Program-made: the position numbers and the translations under genes
Assembly: GCF_006345805.1 (NCBI RefSeq)
Contig: NC_043002.1
Location: forward strand, 82,274,001-82,338,000
DNA length: 64,000 bases
Reading direction: 5' to 3'
DNA from: Octopus sinensis
Taxonomy: Eukaryota
Notes under the pieces: model-generated
Told to the model about the DNA's origin: nothing
The model's database searches: none
The model's input: the letters and a program-made list of their open reading frames with translations, nothing else
Shown here: one piece after another, positions 52,746 through 64,000 of the stretch
Numbering within the stretch: position 1 is the first letter of the stretch
How the letters are laid out: every line of letters begins with the position of its first letter

Positions 52746-54250
52746 AGCATAATAACCTGAGAATGAAGTTAATTATTTAACCAACTTCGAAGTAAAAACC
52801 GGTAACTTCTATGGTTTACCCAAGATTCACAAATCAAAAGACATCCAAGACAACATAAAAAGAAACAATTCAACATATGAAACTATGCCCAATCATTGCA
52901 GGACCAGCATCCAGTACACAATACTTAAGCAACTTAATATAGTTCTAAAACCTTTATGCAAAATGATAACAAGCTTTGTTCAGGATGATATGGATTTCTT
53001 AAACTACATACCTAAAAGTGTCCACCAGGAGACAATTCTTGTTACTTTTGATGTAGCTAGTCTATACACCAATATCCCACATGACCTAGGAATTGAAGCC
53101 ATAAATTTCTGGTTAACAAAACTACCGAATCATATCATGGAAAGATTATCAAAAAACTTTGTTTTAGAAGGACTAAAATTAATACTGGAAAATTATCACT
53201 TCTTTGACAACCTCTACTTATAAATAAAAAGAACGGCAATGGGGACAAAAACAGCCCCCACCTATGCAACATTTGTAATGGGCTTCTTAGAGGTCAAGCT
53301 CTATTCTCAACTAATAGAAACATTTAACAAACAATTCACCATTTATATATATATATATAAATGGAAGTGATATTTGGATGACTGCTTTATATTCTGGACC
53401 AAAAGCCAAGAAGACTTAGGAATCTTTCACTCATTTTAAAATAATTTACAAATTTCAATAACATTCACCATGGAACAACACACAAATGAATTACCTTTTT
53501 CAGACATACTGCTAATTAAAGAAAATAACACCATAAAAACAGATCACTTCTACAAACCTACATTTAAACTTTCATCCCTCCCATCCCTTACATACCAAGA
53601 GAAACATACTCTTTAATATGGCAAAACAAATTTGCACTATAGTAATAGATGCAGGATTAAGGGATAAAAGATTACAGGAATTAAAAATATTTCTAAAAGA
53701 AAAAAATATCCCATTAGTTTATTTGACACAGCAATCACCAAAGTAAAAAACACCCGAACTACAGACCTCAGAGCAAAACAAACACACAGATATAAAAATG
53801 AACTCATAAGCATTCCTTTTGTCATCACCCACAACCCAAGAAATCACATCATCAATACTGCAAAAAGATACCTCCCAATTCTTCAACAATCATCAAGAAT
53901 AAACAAAAATAATTTATAGCAGACATCAAGCACCCAATCTAAAAAAGCTCTTAACCCAAGCAAGATTTACAACTAGAGAAACAACAAAGAGAGTTCAGAA
54001 ATGTGGTGACCCTCGCTGTGGAACGTGTGATTACATTGAAGAAGGAGAAAATTACTTTCAAAGACAACAACACCTTTAAAATAAATGCAAATATGGATTA
54101 CAAATCTAGAAACCTAAATTACTGTGCCACATGTCCCGAATGCAAAGAATACTAAATTCCCTTTCTTCAAACTATGGACAGAAAATGAACACTTTTGTAA
54201 GACAAAGGAAGAATATTTTATTTGGAAATACCAACTGAAATTGAACAAAA
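52746..54250 (+). mobile_element. Penelope-like element (Neptune-type) RT plus truncated GIY-YIG pseudogene
   Basis: FYGLPKIHK, RPIIAG, TFDVASLYTNIP, TAMGTKTAPTYA, YLDD (53371-53382), KCGDPRCGTCDYI and NLNYCATCPECKEY. Multiple frameshifts. Confidence 0.9.
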
Positions 54251-54319
54251 AATTAATACCAAAATCACTGGAACTACCATCCCAATAATCTACAGAAAGA
54301 CACCAAGCAAGCAGTGCCT

Positions 54320-54956
54320 GAACTACATATGAGTATACACACTTTTATGGACTATATATATGAGTATATGTGTGGGTATGTGAGTATATATGTATCTCTG
54401 TATGTGTGCATGCATGTGTGTATGTATAAGAAAATATATATAGGAATATATGTTTGTATGGATTTACACCCTCTTGTGTATGTATGTATTGTATGTGCAT
54501 ACTGTACATGTGTGCATATGTATGTGTACATGGGTATATGGGTGTGTGTGGTTGTATATATATACATAAATGCACACACACACGTTTATATGTTTATGTA
54601 TGCACACATGCACATACAAGTAGGTTAATACATTTATGTGGGTGTGTATGTACACATGTAAAAAAATCTGTGTATATATGCACCTGTCTTGAGATATGTC
54701 AATACATATAAATGTGTGTATATATATATGTGTGTGGGGGGTGTATATGTAAATGTGTGTGTACATTTTTGTATGTATATGTGTATATGTATGTATGTGT
54801 GTGTATATGTATATGTGTGTATATTGTATATATGTGTGTGTGTGTGTATGTAGGTGTGTATATATCTGTGTGTGTGTGTATAAGTGCATGTATATATTCG
54901 TGGATATGTATGTGGGATATGTAGATGTATATATATATGTATATGTGAGTGTGTGA

Positions 54957-55008
<52 letters not shown>

Positions 55009-55010
55009 TT
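54320..55010. repeat. ~700-bp compound (TG)/(TA)/(TATG) low-complexity tract
   Basis: Direct inspection. It is the source of many spurious ORFs. Confidence 0.9.
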
Positions 55011-56348
55011 ATCATCATCATCATTGTCGTTTAACATCCACTTTCCATGCTGGCATGGGCAAGCCAAAAGGCTGCACCAGGCTCCAATCTGGCAAAGTTT
55101 CTACAGCTGGATGCCCTTCCTAAGACCAACCACTCTGTGAGTGCAGTGGGTGCTTTTACTTGCCACTGGCACGAAGGCCAGTCAGATGGTTCTGGCAACG
55201 ACCACACTCAAAAAGTGGTTTTTATATGCTACTGGCATAGGAGCAAATCAGCAGCCCTGGCAACAATCACACTCGGATGGTGCTTTTAACATTCTGCTAG
55301 CACAAGTGCCAATCAGGCGGTACTGTCATCGGCTGCATCGGTGATTTTGATTTTGATTTCACTTGTCTCAACAGGTCTTCACAAGCAAAGTTTATTGTCC
55401 TATGAATGAGGGGTACTCATAAGTGGGCTGGTTATACCCACTAGTATAGGCCATAGGTTATGGTCTCACTTGGCTTGTTGGGTCTTCTCAAGCACATCAT
55501 TCCTCCAAAGGTCTCAGTCACTAGTCATTGCCTGGGTAAGGCCCAATGTTTGAAGGTCATACTTCACCATCTCCTCCCACTCTTCCTGGGTCTACCTCTT
55601 CCACAGGTTCCCTCAACTGCTAGGGTGTGACACTTTTTCACACAGCTGTTCTCATTCATTTGCAACACATGACCATACCAGCGCAGTTGTCTCTCTTGCA
55701 CACTACATCTGATGCTTCTTAAATTCAACTTTTTCTCTCAGGGCGCTTACACTCTGTCGTATATTCACACTGACATTACACATCCAACGGAGCATACTGG
55801 CTTCATTCCTTGCGAGCTTACGCATGTCCTCAGCAGTCACGGCCCATGTTTCACTGCCATGTAGCATGGCTGTTCGTACACATGCGTCATACAGTCTACC
55901 TTTTACTCTGAGTGAGAGGCCCTTTGTCACCAGCAGAGGTAGGAGCTCTCTGAACTTTGCCCAGGCTATTCTTATTCTAGTAGCTACACTTCAGAGCATC
56001 CACCCACCCACTACTGACTTGGTCCCCAAGGTAACGGAATCTATCAACTACTTGTAGTTTTTCTCCCTGAAATGTGACAGAAGCTGTTCTCTGCACATTT
56101 TCAGTGTTTATAGCACCTGAGCATTTGCTACATACAAAAACTATCTTCCCAGTTAGCCTTCCTTTGATATTGCTGCACCTCTTATGTGTCCATAGCTTAC
56201 ACAGGGTACATCTTATGGAGTTTCTACCTACGCTTTTCCAACAGATCAAGCACAGCCATCTACCTGAAGAGATTTGTGGTTTGTCTACCTTCCTACTGAT
56301 GAAAACTTTAGTTTTAGCTAGGTTGACTCTAAGGCCCTTTGATTCTAG
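55010..56348 (-). mobile_element. RTE LINE 3' portion (RT end with PHD finger, C-terminus, 3'UTR, (GAT)n tail)
   Basis: ESKGLRVNLAKTKV, a C4HC3 finger, FRYLGD and LYDACVRTAMLHGSETW, followed by the 3'UTR shared with many short copies in the window. Confidence 0.9.
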
Positions 56349-56389
56349 TATTTATCTATGTAATCTATCTATAGAAATATATATATATA

Positions 56390-56575
56390 GTCGCCATGCT
56401 TGACCGCTAAATGCACAAGTTTTTTTTATTCTCTGTTTATGTTTTCTTATTCTTTTCTGTTGAAGAGCTCGAAACATAAAAGACTTTCTCACTTTCCTGA
56501 ACATCAAACTAATACACTTGCTTGTTGTTTATACACCTGTCTTCGTCTTTTGTTTTTCGGTAAATTTCAACTATA
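56390..56575 (+). repeat. Second copy of the hammerhead-like-motif repeat
   Basis: CTGTTGAAGAGCTCGAAACATAAAAGACTTTCTC...AAACTAATACAC is homologous to 38570-38660. Confidence 0.7.
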
Positions 56576-56699
56576 TATCGTATGCTCATGTGGCTGCACC
56601 AGTTTTATCCTGCTTTAACCTCCTACACTTTAGATTTACTACTACCTGAACTTACCAGCATTCTACATGGATTACTACTGAATATACATATGAATACCA

Positions 56700-57335
56700 A
56701 GAGTGTTTATTTCCCCTGTGCATCTGCCACACACGAAAGCTATCTTCCCAGTTAATCTTCCTTTGATGTTGCTGCACCTCTTATGCATCCACAGCTTACA
56801 CTGAGTACATCTTATAGAGTTTCTACCTACACCTTTTCTACAGATTGAGTAGAGCCATCTACCTGAAGGGATGTGTGATGTATTCGCCTTTCTTCTTACT
56901 AAGACTTTGGTTTTTGCGACATTGACTCTAAGGCCCTTCGATTCTAAACCTTGCTTACTCACCTGAAATTTCTTCTCTAGTTCTTGTAGTGATTCTGCTA
57001 TGAGAGCCAAGTCATCAACATAGAGGAGCTCCCAGGGGCAACCTGTCTTGAATTCCTCTGTTATTGCCTAGAGGACTATGATGAATAAGAGGGGGCTGAG
57101 GGTTGATCCTTGGTGGACCCTTACTTCTACCCGGAATTCTTCACTATACTCATTGCTAATCCTAACCTTACTAACAGCATCTCTGTAAAGCCCTTATTAA
57201 CCATTCGTCAATCCCTAGTTTCTGCATGGCCCACCAGATGAGGGATCAGGGGACCCTGTCAAAGGCTTTCTCCAAGTCCACAAAAGCCAAGAGTAGGGGT
57301 TTATCTTTGGTTAGGAATTTCTCCTGCAGTTGCCA
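56700..57335 (-). pseudogene. Second RTE RT fragment
   Basis: FVDLEKAFDRVP, VHQGSTLSPLLF, LLYVDDLAL and GLRVNVAKTKV, plus the same Zn finger. Confidence 0.9.
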
Positions 57336-57366
57336 TACCTACATACATACATATATACATACATAC

Positions 57367-57402
<36 letters not shown>

Positions 57403-57403
<1 letters not shown>

Positions 57404-57890
57404 TAGCAGATATATTGCTCGGGTTAAAGAGAAGAATGAAATTAAAAACACCCTCTAGATTACACAGGTCTCAACTGCTAGTAGGTGAGATGCCAACTTT
57501 GTACAATAATAACTCTCCAACCCATGCCAGCATGAAACATAGATGTTAAGTGAAATGTTAAAAGAAAGTTTTCAACTCATATATGTATATAAAGTAAATA
57601 CACATAATTCAAAAACACGTTTTGTGTAGCTTATTTCGTAACCAAAAAACAGGTACAAATTATAAACAATGAAAGGCCGATTTTGGTGATTCATTTGACA
57701 GACATATTAGAGAGCCAATCCGATGATAAATCTGAACTTGTATCTTGAAAGTTTGTATGAATCCTGAATGAGTTAATGCCTTGTGGCTCCAAATGATATC
57801 ATCTGTAGTGCAGCACTGTATTGTCTAATTTTGTTTTGGGAGTGCTTGGAATTTTAGTCAGTTGATGACAACAGTTTCTTCAATGGCTCA
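57403..57890 (-). mobile_element. Helitron remnant: N-terminal region plus degenerate 3' end
   Basis: Minus-strand EPLKKLL..KIRQYSAALQMISFGA and GFIQTFKIQVQIYHRIGSL match the Helitron N-terminal conserved block. ACTAGCAGA at 57402, next to (TA)n, resembles the 28048 terminus. Confidence 0.7.
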
Positions 57891-59384
57891 TCATCATCAT
57901 CATCATCATCATCATTTAACATCTACTTTCCATGCTAAAAAAATGCGTAATTAAATGGGTTTTTATGGTATGTATATAATATCACCATATATATGTTCTC
58001 CATGCTGGTATGCTGGACAGTATAATGCTTATGTTTACTTTATAAATTTACTGAAACCATTAAATGGTTTTTGAAGTCTGACGTTCATGCTGGTAATCAC
58101 GGCCTGGGACATATTTTACTCAGTTGAGTAAAGTGTCATTCAAGCTGATACTTATTGGTAATTAAACTTAATTTGCAACACCTGTGCGTACTTATCAGCT
58201 TTGTTTTTTTTGATAATTCTTATCAACAACTTTTCCTGAGATCGTGATTTAAGAAGACATACAGCAGTATGCTAATGATTGGACATTATCTCTTGTGGGC
58301 AAGAAATGTAAACAAAGTGTTTATGTTATAAACAACATGAACACTTTGTAATTCAATAGCTTTTAATGTGATACATGTTAAACAGAAATTATTTTTATGT
58401 AGCGAAAATTTAATTAAATCTAACAAGTGAAATTATGCTAAATACAACCAAATTGGAAACCTTTTTTCCCTGGCGATATCGGCAACTCTGAAAACTTTTG
58501 GGTGCAAATTTTACATTAGTAGAAGCTTTTTCCAACAATTTTTATCCTGAAAATCATCTTTGTAAATTACACAGGTGCACAAATTACATGGATTTTTACA
58601 TTTCCTTCATCTCACTAGTGTCAGTGCAGACACATATCTCCATGTTGAGTGACATTGGTTTAACAGTACTTTTGCAGTTGTACATTTCCCCAATTACATA
58701 ATGGTTCATAGAAGCAAATTGCCTTGCAATTTTGGCATACTTCCTTTTTCTTATTCTCATATTACTGAACACTACTGAATCTCCTTCTGTTAGTTTATCT
58801 TTTGTTTAGATAAAATCTTCTAGTTTGTTGTTATCACCTCTTTCAGGCTTGCCATGTATCTCTTCTGAAATCTCTTCAGTGTACTATTCCCACCCACCAC
58901 CCCACCAAAAGACCTCAAAAGTGTGGTTCATATCTTCACAGCAGATTATTTAAATATATAATTATTTTATCCCAAAAAACAGATTCCACCTCTTGTCACA
59001 ACACATTCTACATAGTTGCTTGACTTGCTAGATTTAGCAGCCAAATCACCCTGAAATCACACCATACCATCAAAATAAGAAATGACACACTAGTAAATGT
59101 AGCCCTAGTTAATCTTTAAAAAAAAAGATGGAATGGTCATGGCTAGAACGTCTTTGATCATAGGTCTCCTCAATCATGATCAATCTGGGATTGAACAATG
59201 GTAACAACAGCAGCCACAGCAGCAGTAGTAGCACTCAAAACATCTTATTTTACAAGTTTTTGTTAACTGTCTTATATTTCTGCTCCTGCAGACCATCTCT
59301 TGTACTATGTATTTTTCTTGGACTTACTCCAGATTATTTTTTTCTTTACAATCTTTTATATTATAGATAATCCTATAATAATTG

Positions 59385-59945
59385 ATAATCAACCTGTCAA
59401 AGTAGCATATGAGTTTTTGCTATCTTGGAAGTAGTATTATTACAAATCAATGCAATGACAGGAAAGAAATAAAACAAGAAAAAATGGCAATAGCAAAATC
59501 TGCTGTAATTTCTTAAAACCACATTTGAAAAATTTTGTCCAATAAATAAAAAAGACCAGAGAGAAACTGCTGTATGCTTTGATATTTCCAACAGCAACAT
59601 ATGGATTTGATTACTGGGATCTTAAACAAAAGCAAAAATGAAATGGAACGAAATGAAAAAGATAAAAAAGAGTTTCCAAGTTTGATGTAATAAAAGGATG
59701 CTAAGAATAACTAGCTAGACCAAAAATAAAAAAAGAGGACAAATCAATGTGTAATGGAACAATTTGGAATTCAGTGGAGCTAACTGAGTTAGCAAGATCT
59801 TAGATAATTTGAGCATGTTGTAAGGGAAGATGATATAAAAAGAAAATTTTGCTGATGCTAGAAAAGACCATGAAAGAACATGAAGAGGAAGACCGAGGGA
59901 AAAACTGGACTGTTTATATGATGGAAATAACAAGATTGATGATTT
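59385..59945 (+). pseudogene. Highly degenerate RTE ORF2 C-terminal fragment (different subfamily)
   Basis: Remnants CYLGSSI, LLYALIFPTATYG..W, KRMLRI and RGRPRE across frames. Confidence 0.7.
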
Positions 59946-59946
59946 A

Positions 59947-59988
<42 letters not shown>

Positions 59989-60152
59989 TATTTAGTTAAA
60001 AGGACACAATACATGTCTTTAAGTGCTACTAATAGTTTCATATGTTGAGAAATATATCAAACGTATTCATCAGGCACAAACAACATATCATAAAAAGCTA
60101 GAAAAAGACATGTATTGTTTCCTTTAAATATATATATATATATATATATATA

Positions 60153-60560
60153 TCATCATCATCGTTTAACGTCCGCTTTCCATGGTAGCATGGGTTGGAC
60201 GGTTCAACTGGGGTCTGGGAAACCCGAAAGCTGCACCAGGCCAGTCAGATCTGGCGGTGTTTCTACAGCTGGATGTCCTTCCTAATGCCAACCACTCCAT
60301 GAGTGTAGTGGGTGCTTTTTATGTGCCACCGACACAGGTGCCAGACAAGGCTGGCAAACGGCCATGCTCAGATGGTGTTTTTTATGTGCCACCGGCACCG
60401 AGGCCAGGCGAGGCTGGCATGGCCACGATCGGATGGTGTTTGTTACATGCCACCAACACGGAGGCTAGTTGATGCGGTGCTGGCTATGGCCACGTTCGGA
60501 TGGTTCTCTTATGTGCCACAAACTACAAATTCCATTGATGTTGATCGATTTTGATTTTGA
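60153..60560 (-). mobile_element. RTE 3'UTR with four internal 61-67-nt tandem units
   Basis: Tail (CAT)n at 60153. Units start at 60311, 60374, 60435 and 60502. Confidence 0.85.
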
Positions 60561-60619
60561 TTTGATTCTTTGATTTAGGAAATCAACTTGGGGTGATTTT
60601 ATTCATGAAAAACAACAAT

Positions 60620-61359
60620 CTAGGGAACTAAGTAACTAATCTTAAGGTAACTTACTTTACGGGATGTTCAAGGGCATGGAAAAGCTAGTGGAGTGCAGCC
60701 TTGTAAACCACATTCCTTGTTACTCCGTCTAGAGCATAGTAGAAAAGGTTTGTCAAACAGCCAACCCTCGAACAGCCCACATACAGTTGTCTGTGCAAAA
60801 AACAAGGAGTGCTGAAGTCCAACCCCTCGACTTTCAATGACTGCCCCTGTGCTTTGTTGATGGTCATTGCGAAGCTCAGGTGAATAGGGAATTGAATGTG
60901 TTTCATTGGGTAAACACAGTCCGATGGAATCAATGACATGCGGGAAATAAAAACAACATCCCCTGCTCCTTGACCCGTGATAACTTTTGTCTCGAGAACG
61001 TCATCCAAAAGTTAAAGGGAGGTAACTAAATTGAGTTTAGCAAATTTGTTTGGTGCTCAACAGTAGTTGAAAAATTGAAAAAGAAAAACGATTGACTGTG
61101 TATGAAATATGCATGCTTGGTGTTAAGGGTGGTAACTCCTATCAGTGCCATACAGTCGATTGTGCAACCAAAGAAAAACGATTTCCCACGGCTTTATCGA
61201 TTGCATTCTCACCTGGAATCAATTTTTGTAACCTTTTCAAGACTTATACACGCCCTGATACAGTCGGTATCTACATATCAAATTTGAGTGCAATCGGATG
61301 GAGGATGCCCGAGATCCAAGAAGACCCACACACACACAGAACAGATTTTATATAAGAGA
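60620..61359 (-). mobile_element. Mini-Helitron: 5' end fused to PIF1 C-terminus
   Basis: 5' end A|TCTCTTATATAAAA at 61359. ORF 60685-61008 has FAMTINKAQGQSL..HRQLYVGCSRV. The 3' CTAG at 60620 is uncertain. Confidence 0.75.
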
Positions 61360-61364
61360 TATAT

Positions 61365-61850
61365 TGGTGATATGCTGTGCTTGAGAAGACCCGTCAAGCC
61401 AAGTGAAATCATAGTTGTGACTGATGCTGGTGTCATGTAACTAGCACCTGTGCTAGCAGAGCATAAAGAGCACCTTTCAAGTGCTGAGCCTCATGGAAAC
61501 AAAGTGGCTGAGTTCCTTTCGTACAGTGGGCCTCATGGAGGTGAGTTCCTTTCAAGTGTTGGGCCTCACGGAAGCAATGACCGAGACCTTTGGCATTATG
61601 TCATGCTTGAGAAGAAGATCCATCAAGCTGAGCAAAATTGCAGTTGTTGCAGATTCAGGTGTCATGGAAATGGCGAGTAAAAGCACTCAATACACTTTCA
61701 GAGTGATTGGTGTTAGGAAGGGCATCCAGCTGTAGAAACTGTGCCAAATCAGGCTGGAATCTGGTGCAGCCTTCCAGCTTGCCAGCCCTAGTCAAACTGT
61801 CTAACCCATGTCAGCATGAACAACAGATGTTAAATGATGATTATGATGAT
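61365..61850 (+). mobile_element. RTE ORF end and 3'UTR with internal duplication
   Basis: YAVLEKTRQAK-type end appears twice (about 61370 and 61595), followed by the common tail. Confidence 0.8.
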
Positions 61851-62237
61851 ACATAATAAAGAAGTTGAAAATACACAAGAATTTGTTTGGATTTTTTTTT
61901 TATTTCTAAAAATTTAACCAGTTTCACAGGATTTCCTGATTTTCAAAGATTGAGATAGACAGACCATGGCGCTGAAATAGTCTTGTTTGTGTTTGAAGTT
62001 CAAAAATTCTTTGTTTTTATAGAGAGAACCATTAGTATTTGTTTTTGGTAGGAGAATGTAGTGGGTGCATTTTACATGCCACTGGCACAGGAGCTAGCCA
62101 GGTGGCACTGGCATTGGTCACGCTCAAATGGTGCTTTCTACATGCCACCACCAGGGGTGCCAGTCAGGCAGCACTGGCATAGTGTCACACTTGGGCATGC
62201 ATGCATGCATGCATGCATCCATCCATCCATACATATA

Positions 62238-62438
62238 CAGGGTGCAGCAGAAAGGTTGCCCCGATTTCAAAGGTTAATGAAAAACAAATACATGAAGATA
62301 CAAGAAAAAAGCGATGCTCTCCACTTCAGGCCATAGTGTGTACTACCTGAATCGGAAAGAAAAATGGCATTTAATGAACTTCGTAAAAATACAAAGTTTT
62401 TTCATGCATCTTCATGTCTTTGTTTTTTGTTAACACTG
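62238..62438. mobile_element. TA-flanked MITE with ~38-bp subterminal inverted repeats
   Basis: GTTAATGAAAAACAAATACATGAAGATACAAGAAAAAA pairs with TTTTTTCATGCATCTTCATGTCTTTGTTTTTTGTTAAC. Ends are TA|CAG and CTG|TA. Confidence 0.7.
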
Positions 62439-62739
62439 TATATATATCCGCTTTACAGAGTGTACTGGGTGCTTTTTATGTGACACCGGTGGGGTTACCA
62501 AGTAGTTTGCCAGACAAAGACCTCTCATTTGAGAGAGAAAGTTGAACAGAAGGAAGTGGCTGTGAGTCAGTTGAGAGGTTAGAGTGTAATAGAGGGGCAG
62601 AGATAGTTGTTTTACTATAGACGAGATATTTGGCCATTCCAGTAGAACAGGGAAGGAGAAGGAGTTAGAGAGAAATATAGAGAGACAATCAAAATGAGAG
62701 AGAGAGAGAGAGAGAGAAATAGATTTAAATATCATTTCT

Positions 62740-62950
62740 CATCACTTCGTCCCACGTTTTCATGGGTCTATCCAGGAATTAAAGATCAGCACTTGTTTAT
62801 GCAGCTGTCCTCATCCATACACATCACATGTTCATACCAACACAGTCTTCTCTCTTGCACACTGCATCTGATGCCTCTTTTACCCAATTTTTTGCTTCAA
62901 ATATTTATACTCTGTCATACATGCAATCTAACATTACTCCCCCAGCATGA
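62740..62950 (-). pseudogene. Old RTE ORF2 C-terminal fragment
   Basis: Homologous to 55570-55780. Confidence 0.65.
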
Positions 62951-63239
62951 AGACATGTTAAGAATAAATACACAAATGTTCATCCCAGATCTCACAGTAC
63001 ATGGTGCAAACAATAATTTTTTAACAGTTGGCAGATATAAACACTAATCAGCACAGAATCTGTTCGTTAAAAGTATAAGCTATGCTAGTGGCTTTGTTTA
63101 GGCTCATAGTTCTGGTTAACAAAAGACATGGTGAAATACTGGTGTCCCAAAGTGACATGCACCAATGAACTGAGTATGTTGAACACACTGTCATTGTAAA
63201 AGTGAGATGTTATTTTTTCATGACATGTACTACATCTAA

Positions 63240-63505
63240 ACACTCCCTGTGCCAGTGGCACGTAAAAAACACCATCCAAACTGGGTTGATGCTAGTGACC
63301 CCTGACTGGCTCTCGTGCCGGTGGTATGTAAAAAGCACCCACTACACTCTTGGAGTGGTTGGCACTAGGAAGGGCATCCAGCTGTAGAAACCTTGCCAGA
63401 TCAGATTGGAGCCTGGTGTAGCTTACTGGCTTGCCAGACCTCAGTCAAACCGTCGAACCCATGCCAGCATGAAAAACGGACATTAAACGATGACGATGAT
63501 GATGA
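63240..63505 (+). mobile_element. RTE 3'UTR remnant with (GAT)n tail
   Basis: Same tail family, plus orientation. Confidence 0.85.
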
Positions 63506-63933
63506 GCTCAATAACATTCCAACTCTCTCAACCAGAAATGAAGTTATTTGTTAAGGCCTACACAAATTTCATCATTCCATCAATTTGACCTCTGATGCTA
63601 GAAATAACAGTCAACGCCCAACATTAGTATCAATAAACAGATTTCAACTCTTAGTTAAACAGCTCAACAAGTGGTCCTTATACTTATTTACAGCTGCAAT
63701 TGGTGACTCATTCACACGGCCACAACAGTTGAGCCCCACATCTGAAATAGCAGTCACCAACACCCACTTTTATCTATTTCACCTTTGCTTTTTGACCAGA
63801 TTCTTCCATATCTCTCTCACCTGCAACATGTGAATGTTGGTACTCATTTGAGGTGAGCTCTCCATATTCGATTCAGCATGTGACAGATGGAATAGACAAA
63901 GCTGGGGTGGGGGAGAGAGAGGGAGAAAAGCTG

Positions 63934-63976
<43 letters not shown>

Positions 63977-64000
63977 CACAGACAGGCAGGTGGATAGGTA

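Noticed and set aside
54314-55140. Many overlapping 60-186 aa ORFs (Y/I/H/T/V/C-rich), also at 20195-20460 and 11445-12909
   Set aside because: They are translations of (TA)/(TG) microsatellites, which lack stops in some frames.

Overview
An AT-rich, microsatellite- and transposon-dense eukaryotic window. The SINE and RTE families suggest an Octopus (coleoid cephalopod) genome; this is inference. The only host gene I can support is the 3' end of a TCF/LEF (pangolin) gene on the + strand. A 73-nt exon (1614-1686) and a terminal exon (8474-8768) join across a 6787-nt GT-AG intron to give a complete C-clamp ([21 protein letters not shown]|RKKKCIRF) and an acidic/Ser-Pro tail. The HMG-box exons lie upstream, outside the window. 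The rest is presumptive 3'UTR and intergenic DNA. It contains a near-identical triple ~605-bp tandem duplication, three Helitron derivatives (one with both termini), a Neptune-like Penelope element, a Tx1/L1 3' end, several RTE LINE fragments (two carrying a PHD finger inside the RT), Tc1/mariner and hAT MITEs, and many tRNA-derived SINEs. The best leads are TCF tail isoform switching, a variant-core minimal hammerhead-like motif, a 74-bp foldback hairpin, a cluster of TCF sites downstream of TCF itself, and the RT-embedded PHD finger. I found no clear wholly new multi-gene system. Most repeat boundaries are approximate (about +/-20 nt).
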